Shown: positions 1-8,505, numbered from the stretch's first letter. The stretch: DNA of 64,000 nt from Alphaproteobacteria bacterium (GCA_965248835.1 CBDFLJ010000002.1:1184001-1248000); one strand, 5' to 3'. Notes: generated from the letters alone by a model not told the origin. Numbers and translations are program-made.

Positions 1-206
1 CCGGCGATGGTGCGGGTCTTGAAGTCGTTCGGGCGGGCGAGCTCGGAGTCATGGCCGACATAGAGCCAGCATTTCGAGAAGATCCCGGCCAGTTCGGCGC
101 GGTGGATCTCCGGATCGACATAGGACGAGCGCGCGACGCGGAAGAGACGATCGTCGGGATCGATCCGAACCGCCTGCCGAATGCGCTGGTGGACGATGGT
201 CTGCAT
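1..206 (-). CDS. Rieske aromatic ring-hydroxylating oxygenase alpha subunit, N-terminal part (runs off window start)
   Basis: Not in ORF track. Manual translation from ATG at 206 gives MQTIVHQRIRQAVRIDPDDRLFRVARSSYVDPEIHRAELAGIFSKCWLYVGHDSELARPNDFKTRTIAG, the typical Y.D.E...E...IF...W.Y.GH.SE...P.DF.T..I.G start of ring-hydroxylating alpha subunits. GGAG lies upstream. Confidence 0.8.
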   Translation of the reverse strand, partial: MQTIVHQRIRQAVRIDPDDRLFRVARSSYVDPEIHRAELAGIFSKCWLYVGHDSELARPNDFKTRTIA

Positions 207-321
207 CCCGACTCCGGCAATCCGCTCCCCGCGCGCGTCATTGCCTTGCGAGGCGGCTGATGGATGTCCATCGTGACCTCGCCCGGGGCCGGGCGTCAAC
301 CAAGCCGATGGCTGGGCAGGA

Positions 322-1578
322 TCAGACCGATGCCGCGAAGTCGCTCGGCTCGTAGGCGGCGGCATGGCGGACCGCGACCGCCCGCAGGTCTGCGACGCTC
401 ATGCATCCGAGCTGGCCGAGGGTGGCGCTGACGTCCTCGATCCAAAGATCGATCAGGTGCGCCGGCCCGCGGGGGCCGAGCGCCCCCAGGCTCCACAGGA
501 ACGCCTTGCCGGCAAATGCCGCATCCGCTCCCAGCGCGACCGCGCGCGCCGCGTCGATCCCGGACCGCACGCCGCTGTCGAAGATGATGCTCGCCTTGCT
601 GCCGACCCGGGCGGCGATCGCGGGCAGGACATCGACCGGCGCCGGCAAGGCCTCGATCTGGCGTCCGCCATGGCTCGAGACGACGATGCCGTCGAGCCCG
701 AGTGCGACCGCGCGCTCGGCATCGTCGGGATGCAGCACGCCCTTGAGGACCAGCGGCTTGCGCCAAGCGTCGCGGTATTTTGCGACCTCCTCCCAGGTGA
801 ACGCGCCGCCGCTTTCGCGCTGGATGAACCGGGCCGCCTCGGCGAGGCTCGCACCCGGTTCCATGTAGCGGTCCAATGAGATGAACCGCGGAATGCCGCT
901 GCGCAGCATCGCGGCGAGCCAGCGCGGCGATGACAAGGCGTCGAGCCGCAGCCGCGGCGTCAGGCGGAACGGCGTGGTGATCCCGCTCTTGACCTCGCGC
1001 GGCCGGGTGGTCCGCGTCGGCGTGTCGATGGTCAAGACCAGCACGTGCACGCCCGCCGCCTCTGCGCGGCGCACCAGGTCGAAGCCGATCCGGTGGCCCT
1101 CGCGCGAGAACCGGTAGAGCTGGAGCCAAAGGACGTCAGGCGCCAGCTTGGCCGCGCGCTCGATGTCGATGCCCGACAGGACGCCCAGGGTATAGGGCAC
1201 CCGGGCCGCCTGCGCCGCGCGCGCCAGATGGGTTTCGGCACCCGGATAGGCCGTGCCGGGGCCGCCGATCGGCGCAATGCCGATGGGCGCTGCGTAATCG
1301 CGGCCGAACAGCCGCGTTGTGGGCGGCGGCGGCTCGACCACCGCGCCATAGCGCGGCACCAGCTCAACCGCATCCAGCGCCGCCCAGTTGCGTGCGATGC
1401 CGCCGTCGGCCCCAGCCCCGCCGTCCATGTACTCGAACGCGAAGTTCGGCATCACCCGGCGGGCGCGGGCCCGCAGGTCCTGGGCGGTCGGGTAGCGCTG
1501 CTTGAGCGCCCGGTCGGGCGGCCGCATCGGCTCGTTGCGTTTCGCCGCGCTCGGTGGGGGCGTCAAGGACTCGGGCAT
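322..1578 (-). CDS. FMN-dependent alpha-hydroxy acid dehydrogenase (L-lactate/mandelate/glycolate oxidase family)
   Basis: FEYMDGGAG, WLQLY, LVLTIDTP, LVLKG, SSHGGRQ and DSGVRSG motifs. Start may be 1527 instead. Confidence 0.9.
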   Translation of the reverse strand: MPESLTPPPSAAKRNEPMRPPDRALKQRYPTAQDLRARARRVMPNFAFEYMDGGAGADGGIARNWAALDAVELVPRYGAVVEPPPPTTRLFGRDYAAPIGIAPIGGPGTAYPGAETHLARAAQAARVPYTLGVLSGIDIERAAKLAPDVLWLQLYRFSREGHRIGFDLVRRAEAAGVHVLVLTIDTPTRTTRPREVKSGITTPFRLTPRLRLDALSSPRWLAAMLRSGIPRFISLDRYMEPGASLAEAARFIQRESGGAFTWEEVAKYRDAWRKPLVLKGVLHPDDAERAVALGLDGIVVSSHGGRQIEALPAPVDVLPAIAARVGSKASIIFDSGVRSGIDAARAVALGADAAFAGKAFLWSLGALGPRGPAHLIDLWIEDVSATLGQLGCMSVADLRAVAVRHAAAYEPSDFAASV

Positions 1579-1598
1579 CGTGACGGCTTTGGCTCCGG

Positions 1599-2711
1599 TC
1601 AGAGGAAGTGGCCGCTCTTGCTGGCCTTGGTGGACAGGTAGAATGCGTTGTGGTCATTGGACGGGAAGGCGTGGGGGACACGCTCGGTGACCTCGATGCC
1701 GAAATGGGCAAGCCCGTCGACCTTGTCGGGATTGTTGGTCATCAGCCGGACCTTCGCAAACCCCAGCCGGCGCAGCATCTCCGCAGCCGGCAGAAAGATC
1801 CGCTCGTCGGCCTCGAAGCCCAGCCGCTCGTTGGCCTCGACGGTGTCGAAGCCCTGGTCCTGCAGCGCGTAGGCACGCAGCTTGTTGATCAGCCCTATGC
1901 CGCGGCCTTCCTGAGCGAGATAGAGCAGGATGCCGCTGCCGGCGGCAGAGATGTGCTCGATCGCCCCGCGGAGTTGCTGGCCGCAATCGCATTTGAGCGA
2001 GCCCAGCAGGTCGCCCGTGAAGCATTCCGAATGGAGCCTGGCGAGCACCGGGCCCGGCGGTGCGGGATCGCCGATCACGATGGCGAAATGCTCGATGCCG
2101 CCATCGCGCGGCCGAAAGGCGACGATTCGGGTCGCCTCCGCGCCTTCGAGCGGGACCCGCGCCGATGTCACGCGTTCCAGCGCGCAGGCCGCGGCGAGGT
2201 CATAGGCCATGATGTCCGCAGCGGTCAGCCGCAGAACCGACGTGCCGGGCGGTCCCAGCACCACGCCGAGATCATCGACGGAAACGGTAAGCACCGCCGG
2301 CAGCAGCCGGGCGATCTTTGCCAGCCGGACGGCGGCGAGGACCCCTTCGGGCACCGGATCGCGGCGTGCCTCGAACGGCCCGCGAAGCGGATGAGACAGG
2401 TCGGTTGCCGGATCGGCAAGGCTCGCCAGGGCTTCGACCGCAAGCCAGTCCGGCACCGGGATGCGCACCACGTCGGGGGTGTAGAGTCTGATCTTCAGTG
2501 TCACCGCCCTGTTGTGGGTGATCGCCAGATCGGGTTCGACGCCGGCCCAGGCGCGCAGGGCCGCCAGACGCTCGGCGGAGGCGAACTCGGCCGCGAACGC
2601 GATCACGCCCGGGACGCTGTCGGGATCGGCGATGACCACCGGCAGCCCGCGGCGCAGGTCGCCCGCGGCCCGGTCGACACCGGCCAGGGGTGAGACCGCA
2701 AACCCACTCAT
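1599..2711 (-). CDS. ribA: GTP cyclohydrolase II (alphaproteobacterial type with degenerate N-terminal domain)
   Basis: RLHSECFTGDLLGSLKCDCGQQL, QEGRGIGLINKLRAYALQD, LMTNNPDK and YL.TK..KSGH motifs. ATG at 2711. Confidence 0.93.
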   Translation of the reverse strand: MSGFAVSPLAGVDRAAGDLRRGLPVVIADPDSVPGVIAFAAEFASAERLAALRAWAGVEPDLAITHNRAVTLKIRLYTPDVVRIPVPDWLAVEALASLADPATDLSHPLRGPFEARRDPVPEGVLAAVRLAKIARLLPAVLTVSVDDLGVVLGPPGTSVLRLTAADIMAYDLAAACALERVTSARVPLEGAEATRIVAFRPRDGGIEHFAIVIGDPAPPGPVLARLHSECFTGDLLGSLKCDCGQQLRGAIEHISAAGSGILLYLAQEGRGIGLINKLRAYALQDQGFDTVEANERLGFEADERIFLPAAEMLRRLGFAKVRLMTNNPDKVDGLAHFGIEVTERVPHAFPSNDHNAFYLSTKASKSGHFL

Positions 2712-2812
2712 AGACCCTAAATACGCCGCCCAGGGCGATCGGGCAAACACCGGGCCGGCCCCTTGCCGCCCGGCTGGCGCTGTGCGAGGTTGAGGATGCG
2801 ATCGCAAGGAAC

Positions 2813-3838
2813 GTGGTGGTCATGGAAGCCTGGGAAGTCAAAGACTTGGCGAAGTCTTTCGGCGCTGATCTGGTCGGTATCGCCAGCGCGGAGGTGCTCA
2901 ACGCCTTCCCCCCCGATCCGCTGTTTCCCCAGACCCCGGAACGCATCTCGCCGCACGCAAAGTCGGTCATCGTCATTGTCCAGCGCATCCCGGTCGGCGC
3001 CTTCCGCTGCAAGACCAACGTGCCGGTCCAATACATCAACATGCTGGTGCTGCGCCGCATGGACAAGATCGCCTACCGCGTGGTCGAGGCCCTGGAGCGT
3101 GCCGGTTACCCGAGCTTCGTGACCGCGGCCCAGGAGACCGATTGGTCCTACAAGCGCGCCTCCTACGGCCGGCTCAGCACCCGGCACCTGGGAATCGAGG
3201 CGGGGCTGGGCACGTTCGGGCTGGAGGTGAACATTCTGACGCCGGAGTTCGGCCCGCGGATCTATCTGACCGGCGTCCTGAGCGAATGTGTGCTGGAGCC
3301 CGACCGGCCGATGACGGAGCAGGTCTGCATCGGTGAAAGCTGCAGCCGCTGCCTTTATTCCTGCCCGACCGATGCGGTACGCCATTTCGGCATCGACAAG
3401 CGGGCGTGTTCCATCGAGGCGCAGGAGTTTGGTTTCTCCACCATCCTCAAGTTCTGGGAGCATTTCATCGCATCGGACGGAGCGACCAGGCGCCGGCTGA
3501 TCAGCGACCGCGAGATCTTCGGGTTCTGGCAGGGGCTGTTGCGGGTGGTCGGTTCGTTCGGCGACTGCCCGCGCTGTCTTGCCGTCTGTCCGGTGGGCAA
3601 CGACTACCATGCCCATCTGGCCGACCTGCAGAAGGTGATCCCCGAAAAGACGCCCGAGAAGGTCGACAAGGCGCGCGGTTTCAAGGATGCACGCAAGGCT
3701 GGCGCCGATATCGACGGGCTCAACGACTGGAACGTTCGCTGGGTTGGTCCCGAAGGCTACAAGGGGATCGTCGCCCGCCAGCTCCAGGCCTTCAAGGCAG
3801 AGCAGCGCGCACGTGAAAAAGACGCACTTGAGGATTGA
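2813..3838 (+). CDS. Reductive dehalogenase/epoxyqueuosine reductase-fold 4Fe-4S dicluster protein (paralog A)
   Basis: K..AK..GADLVGI and AGLGTFG...LTPEFGPR motifs; CIGESCSRCLYSCP, a lone Cys (DKRAC) and CPRCLAVCP give 8 motif Cys. No Tat signal. Confidence 0.8.
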   Translation: MVVMEAWEVKDLAKSFGADLVGIASAEVLNAFPPDPLFPQTPERISPHAKSVIVIVQRIPVGAFRCKTNVPVQYINMLVLRRMDKIAYRVVEALERAGYPSFVTAAQETDWSYKRASYGRLSTRHLGIEAGLGTFGLEVNILTPEFGPRIYLTGVLSECVLEPDRPMTEQVCIGESCSRCLYSCPTDAVRHFGIDKRACSIEAQEFGFSTILKFWEHFIASDGATRRRLISDREIFGFWQGLLRVVGSFGDCPRCLAVCPVGNDYHAHLADLQKVIPEKTPEKVDKARGFKDARKAGADIDGLNDWNVRWVGPEGYKGIVARQLQAFKAEQRAREKDALED

Positions 3839-3841
3839 GCG

Positions 3842-4852
3842 ATGGTTGCTGCCTACAAGACACCGCTCGATGCCGCGGCGATCAAGCAAAAGGCCAAGGC
3901 GCTCGGCGCCGATCTCGTCGGCATCGCCGACGGCGCGGTGATGGACGCCCATCCGCCCGACCCGCGCAATCCGCAACGGCCCAGCGACATCACCGAGCAC
4001 GATGGCGGACGGGTGATCGTGCTGGCCAAACGCTATACCGCCGGCACCACGCGAATCGCCCGGTGGGACGAGCGCCACAAATATTACAACGACGAGATCA
4101 CGCTCACGAGGCTGGAAGAGACCGCGCTGGAACTCGTCTTCTGGCTCGAGGACCATGGCTATCCGGCGATTATCATCCCGCCGACCCATGTCGACCCTTG
4201 GCGCTACCGCGGCGACCCGGGCCAGCACATGACCACGGTTCTCTCGCTCACCCACGCCGCTGTCGAGGCAGGCCTGGGCACGCTCGGGCTCAACCTCCAG
4301 CTCCTCACGCCCGAATTCGGGCCGCGGGTAATCCTGACCGCGGTCCTGTGCAGCCTCCCGTGCGAAACCGATCCCCGGATCACCGAGACCCTGTGCAAGG
4401 GCCCCGAATGCGGCCGTTGCCTGTCAGCCTGTCCGGGCGATGTGGTCGGGCATTGGGACCGGGACTGGCCGGCCTGCGACCGGTTCCGCTCTCCGCACGG
4501 CTTTGCTCAGTTGGTCGACCATCTGGGCGAGATCCTCGAAGCGCCGGACGAGGCCGCCCAGCTCGATCTGATCCGGTCGGAGACCAGCTTCAACCTCTGG
4601 CAGTCCATCCTGCGCGGCGCCGGGGTGATCACCGGCTGCCGGCGCTGCCAGGACGTCTGCCCGGTGGGCGAGGACTATGAAGCGATGCTGGACGATGCGC
4701 TGGAGCAGATCCCCGAGGCCAGCGCCGAGAAGTCCACCCGCCTGGCCGAGATGAACGTCGCCGAAGAAGCCGGCGGTTTACCGGAGAGTTACCGGGCGCA
4801 GGAGCGCTGGATCGGATCGCTCGGTTATCGACGGGATGCCGGCGGCGCATGA
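3842..4852 (+). CDS. Reductive dehalogenase/epoxyqueuosine reductase-fold 4Fe-4S dicluster protein (paralog B)
   Basis: KAKALGADLVGI, AAVEAGLGTLG..LLTPEFGPRV, CKGPECGRCLSACP, WPAC and CRRCQDVCP motifs. Separated from paralog A stop by 3 nt. Confidence 0.8.
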   Translation: MVAAYKTPLDAAAIKQKAKALGADLVGIADGAVMDAHPPDPRNPQRPSDITEHDGGRVIVLAKRYTAGTTRIARWDERHKYYNDEITLTRLEETALELVFWLEDHGYPAIIIPPTHVDPWRYRGDPGQHMTTVLSLTHAAVEAGLGTLGLNLQLLTPEFGPRVILTAVLCSLPCETDPRITETLCKGPECGRCLSACPGDVVGHWDRDWPACDRFRSPHGFAQLVDHLGEILEAPDEAAQLDLIRSETSFNLWQSILRGAGVITGCRRCQDVCPVGEDYEAMLDDALEQIPEASAEKSTRLAEMNVAEEAGGLPESYRAQERWIGSLGYRRDAGGA

Positions 4853-6204
4853 GCGCGATCGAGGACCTCGCCCGGGTCCATCGAAGGGCCCATTACGCGG
4901 ACCTGCCGCTGTGCATCCCGGAAAGCGCCGCGCAGGTCGCAGCGATCCAGAGCGCGCGCAAACGCGTCGCCGTGGAGCGGGCGCGGCGGTCGACATTCTG
5001 GCGGCCGCGGCTGCAACACATCGCGCTCGACAGGCTGGACGATCCCGAGGAGTGGGCGCGGATTCCGATCCTCGACAAGGACCAGCTCCGCGCGATGACG
5101 CCGGAGGCCTTCTACGCCGATTTCTGCACCGCCGGAGAAACACCGATCTGCGAGTATTGGCGCTCCGGCGGCAGTACCGGCCGGCCGCTGTTCTACCCCA
5201 AGACCTACGAGGACATGCTCTACAACATGATCGGCTTCACCCGGACGTTTGCCTGTGCCGGGATCGGGGCGGTGCCGGGATCGAGCGAGCGGGTGCACCT
5301 GTCGATGCCGCTGGGCATCCACCCCGCCGGCCATGTGTGGGCGCGGGCGGCCGAGATCATGGGCATGGCCGTGGTGTGGGGCGGATCGGGCGCATCGCTG
5401 CCCTCGACCCAGCAACTCGAGCTCATCGAGATGCTGTCGCCCACGGTGTGGATGGGGATGTCGAGCTACGGCCTGCATCTGGCGAACCTCGCCAACACGA
5501 GGGGCGGCGACCTTGCAGGCAGTTCGGTCAAGACCATCATGTGCACCGCCGAGCCGTGTTCGGCGGCCAAGCGTGAGAAGCTGGAACGCGACTGGGGGGC
5601 CAAGGTCTTCGACTGCTTCGGCATGACCGAGGTCAGCATGCTTGGCGCCGAGGGGCCTTCACGGGAGGCTTTCCGGGTCTGGTCGGATCTGGCGTTCTTC
5701 GAGGTGCTCGATCCGGAGACACGCAAGCCGGTCGCCGATGGTACACCCGGTCGACTGGTCGTGACCGCGCTGTTCGGCAACGAAGGGGCACCGTTCCTGC
5801 GCTGGGATTCCGGCGATATCGTGATCATGAACCCGACGGTGAGCGACGACGGCCCGTTCTCGGTCTTCCCGTTGCTGCGCCACGCCCACCGGACCGCCGG
5901 GTTCTTCAAGGTGCGCGGGGTTAACGTCAATCACCAGGAGTTCGAGGACTTCGTGTTCGACAACGCGGCGATCAACGACTTCAAGGCCGAGCTAGTCAGC
6001 GACACGACCGGGCTCGACCTGATGCGGGTCTCGATCGAGGTCCGCTGCGGCGTCGACGCGGAAACCGAGCGCCGCGATGTCGAGCGCCGCACCAAGGCGT
6101 TGTTCGAGGTTTCCCCGGAGGTGGTCGTGCTGGAGACCGGCACCCTCGCCGCGGAGTTTGAAGCCAGCGTCAAGGCGCCGCGGTTCGTCGACCGGCGTGC
6201 ATAG
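4849..6204 (+). CDS. Phenylacetate-CoA ligase (PaaK)/F390 synthetase-like adenylate-forming enzyme
   Basis: IPILDKDQLR, RSGGSTGRP P-loop, TAEP, DCFGMTE, LRWDSGD and KVRGVNV motifs. ATGA overlap with upstream gene. Confidence 0.82.
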   Translation: MSAIEDLARVHRRAHYADLPLCIPESAAQVAAIQSARKRVAVERARRSTFWRPRLQHIALDRLDDPEEWARIPILDKDQLRAMTPEAFYADFCTAGETPICEYWRSGGSTGRPLFYPKTYEDMLYNMIGFTRTFACAGIGAVPGSSERVHLSMPLGIHPAGHVWARAAEIMGMAVVWGGSGASLPSTQQLELIEMLSPTVWMGMSSYGLHLANLANTRGGDLAGSSVKTIMCTAEPCSAAKREKLERDWGAKVFDCFGMTEVSMLGAEGPSREAFRVWSDLAFFEVLDPETRKPVADGTPGRLVVTALFGNEGAPFLRWDSGDIVIMNPTVSDDGPFSVFPLLRHAHRTAGFFKVRGVNVNHQEFEDFVFDNAAINDFKAELVSDTTGLDLMRVSIEVRCGVDAETERRDVERRTKALFEVSPEVVVLETGTLAAEFEASVKAPRFVDRRA

Positions 6205-6377
6205 GCCGGGACGGTTGGTCCTCCTGGCGAGTCGCCGAACCGGATTTCGTCATTGGTGATTCGCTTCTCCGGCGCGTTCGACGACCGCGCCGATATCGGC
6301 GGTTATCTCATAACATTCTGATATATATGGATTTATTTTCTGGCCGGATCAAAAAGCCGGCGAATCGCGGGCGCCGG

Positions 6378-6427
6378 AAAAACGCGTTTTTATGGTTAAC
6401 AAACCTTTTACATATAAGGATTATATG
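6378..6427. promoter_or_regulatory. AT-rich regulatory region with CtrA-like box and palindromes
   Basis: AAAAACGCGTTTTT palindrome (6378-6391); TTAA-N7-TTTAC (6396-6411) overlapping TTAACCAT on the minus strand; CATATAA-GGA-TTATATG inverted repeat (6411-6427). Confidence 0.5.
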
Positions 6428-6442
6428 GCTTGGATTTACGGT

Positions 6443-6570
6443 TTCTCCCTTCCGTGAATCCTCTGCGCCACAGGGGGGGAGTTTGGTTGTCCTACCAATG
6501 CCTCCCTGTGACCCCTCTGTGACTTGCGGGGCCATAACGGCCGGCGCCGGCTTTGGCTCCGCATCTTTTT
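6443..6570 (+). ncRNA. Putative small regulatory RNA (MmgR/suhB-like CCUCCCU...GACUU core plus terminator)
   Basis: Hairpins at 6445-6481 and 6483-6498, a single-stranded anti-SD CCTCCCT (6501-6507), GACTT, then a terminator stem 6525-6563 and TCTTTTT. Lies between convergent genes. The 5' end is an estimate. Confidence 0.55.
6525..6570 (+). terminator. Rho-independent terminator
   Basis: TGCGGGGCCA pairs with TGGCTCCGCA (10 bp, one G-U) and is followed by TCTTTTT. Confidence 0.7.
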
Positions 6571-6609
6571 ACCCCAATTCGAACGCGAAAAACAGCCGCC
6601 TGTTGCCGC

Positions 6610-7938
6610 TCAGCCATAGAGCGCGGCACAAATCACCACCGCGCCGGCGATCCCGGCGAGATCGGCGGTCAACCCGACCGCCAGCGCATGACGGATGCGG
6701 CGGATCTGCACCGCGCCGAAATAGACCGCGAGCACATAGAACGTCGTCTCTGTCGAGCCCTGCAGCGTGCTGACGACGTATCCGGCATAGCTGTCCGGCC
6801 CGATCGCAGGATCGTTGATGATCGCGGCGAGCACCCCGTAGGCGCCCGAGCCCGACAGCGGCCGCAGCAGCGCCATCGGCAGCGCTTCGGCCGGCAAGCC
6901 GACCAGCGACGTCACCGGCGATAGGACCGCGATCAAGCCGTCCAGCGCGCCGCTGGAGCGGAACATGCCGACCGCGACCAGGATCGCGACCAGATAGGGG
7001 ATGATCCGGACCGCGACCTGAAATCCGTCCCGCGCGCCGTCGACGAAGACCTCGTAGATACGCACGCGCTTGGCCACGCCGAAACCGAGGAGCGTGACGG
7101 CCAGTCCCGGGATGATCCAGGGCGAGATATGGGTGCCGAACATGATGGTGAGCGGCACCAGCGCGGCAATGAAACCCAGCGCCAGAACCGATACCCAGGC
7201 CGGATAGGCCTCGCCCGCCGCCTCGGCGGCCTCGGGATCGAACGGCGCAAGGTCTGTGGCGGGCTCCTCGGTGGTCTCGGCCCGGCTCCCGGCCTCACGC
7301 CGCACCCGCTCCGCGATCGCCGCCGGGGAGGCGGCAAACCGGCCATAGAGCTTTGCCGCCACGATCGCGGTGGTGGTCGAGCATATGGTCGCGAACAACG
7401 TCGTCGGCAGGATCCCGGCCGGATCGCCGGAGCCTGCGGCCGCGCGCAGCGCGATGACGCCGGTGGGCAACAGCGTCACCGAGGAGGTGTTGATTGCCAG
7501 GAACAGCACCATCGCATCGCTCGCGGTGCCTTTGTGGGGGTTGAGCCGGTCGAGCTCCTGCATCGCACGGATCCCGAACGGCGTTGCCGCGTTGCCGAGC
7601 CCGAGCGCGTTGGCCGACATGTTGAGGATCATCGCGCCCATTGCCGGGTGGTCGTGCGGGATGCCTGGGAACAGGCGGACCATCAGCGGCCGGATGGTCT
7701 TGGCGATGATGCTAAGCAGCCCGCCGGCCTCGGCGACCTTCATCAGGCCGAGGAAGAACGCCATCACCCCGATCAGCCCGATGGCGAGGGTGACGGCGCT
7801 GCCGGCGGTCTCGACCATGCCGAGCGCCAGGGTCTCCATCGGACCGACCGGCTCGAGGCCGGCCGGGACCCAGACGATCTGCCGCCACGCCGCCGTCCCG
7901 AACGCGATCAGAACGAGCGCGAAGAAGACCGCGTTCAT
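6610..7938 (-). CDS. Fused SpmA/SpmB-family (nucleoside recognition Gate domain) membrane protein
   Basis: ANALGLGNAATPFGIRAM and LAINTSSV (SpmA half); LRPLSGSG and GSTETTFYVLAVYFGAV (SpmB half). Confidence 0.88.
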   Translation of the reverse strand: MNAVFFALVLIAFGTAAWRQIVWVPAGLEPVGPMETLALGMVETAGSAVTLAIGLIGVMAFFLGLMKVAEAGGLLSIIAKTIRPLMVRLFPGIPHDHPAMGAMILNMSANALGLGNAATPFGIRAMQELDRLNPHKGTASDAMVLFLAINTSSVTLLPTGVIALRAAAGSGDPAGILPTTLFATICSTTTAIVAAKLYGRFAASPAAIAERVRREAGSRAETTEEPATDLAPFDPEAAEAAGEAYPAWVSVLALGFIAALVPLTIMFGTHISPWIIPGLAVTLLGFGVAKRVRIYEVFVDGARDGFQVAVRIIPYLVAILVAVGMFRSSGALDGLIAVLSPVTSLVGLPAEALPMALLRPLSGSGAYGVLAAIINDPAIGPDSYAGYVVSTLQGSTETTFYVLAVYFGAVQIRRIRHALAVGLTADLAGIAGAVVICAALYG

Positions 7939-7963
7939 CTGGCGACGGGCGCGCGGCGGGGGC

Positions 7964-8392
7964 TTAGATGCCGGCGCTCAGCCCCGCCGCCTCGATGCCG
8001 GCAACCGCGGCGACCTCGTCATTGTCGGAGGTATCGCCGCTGACGCCGACCGCGCCGATGATTTCCTCGCCGTCCTTGATCAGGACGCCTCCCGGCACCG
8101 GCACCAGGCGTCCCTGGGCGACATCGGACAGGGCGCCGATGAAATGCGGGCGTTCTGCGGCCATGGCGCCCAGCGCGCGCGAAGACCGTCCCATGCCGAC
8201 CGCGCCGAAAGCTTTGCCCGTAGCGATGTGTGGGCGAAGCGCCGCGCCCGGCCCGTCTTCGCGCTTGAAGGCCTTGAGGTGTCCGCCGTCATCGACCACC
8301 GAGACGGTCAGCGGATTCATGCCCTTGTCGTGGCCGGTCTCGATCGCGACATCGACGATCGTCGCCGCCTGCGCCAGTGTGAGATTCGCCAT
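7964..8392 (-). CDS. GlcG/HbpS family heme-binding protein
   Basis: VSVVDDGGHL..F.R.DG, IA.GKA, GGVLI and IGAVGVSG.TSD.DE..A..G motifs. AAGGAG RBS before ATG 8392. Confidence 0.88.
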   Translation of the reverse strand: MANLTLAQAATIVDVAIETGHDKGMNPLTVSVVDDGGHLKAFKREDGPGAALRPHIATGKAFGAVGMGRSSRALGAMAAERPHFIGALSDVAQGRLVPVPGGVLIKDGEEIIGAVGVSGDTSDNDEVAAVAGIEAAGLSAGI

Positions 8393-8505
8393 TGCGCTGT
8401 CTCCTTGTCCGATGGAATGGTGCCGCACCGTAGTCGCAGGCCCTGACCAAAGAAAGCTTGAAGTGCCCCGGCACGCCCGTGATAGGGTCCGACGAGGAGG
8501 CGCCG

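Noticed and set aside
2813-4852. Calling the pair queG or respiratory rdhA
   Set aside because: QueG-specific signatures are not in place, and there is no Tat signal or rdhB; left as family-level calls.
6400-6430. Possible dif (XerCD) site or replication origin in the AT-rich island
   Set aside because: Arms are CATAT-N7-ATATG rather than CATAA-N6-TTATG; no convincing DnaA boxes or origin-associated genes.
6308-6773. 75-aa and 148-aa ORFs across the AT-rich intergenic region
   Set aside because: No motifs or clear RBS and atypical composition; the RNA structure explains the region better.
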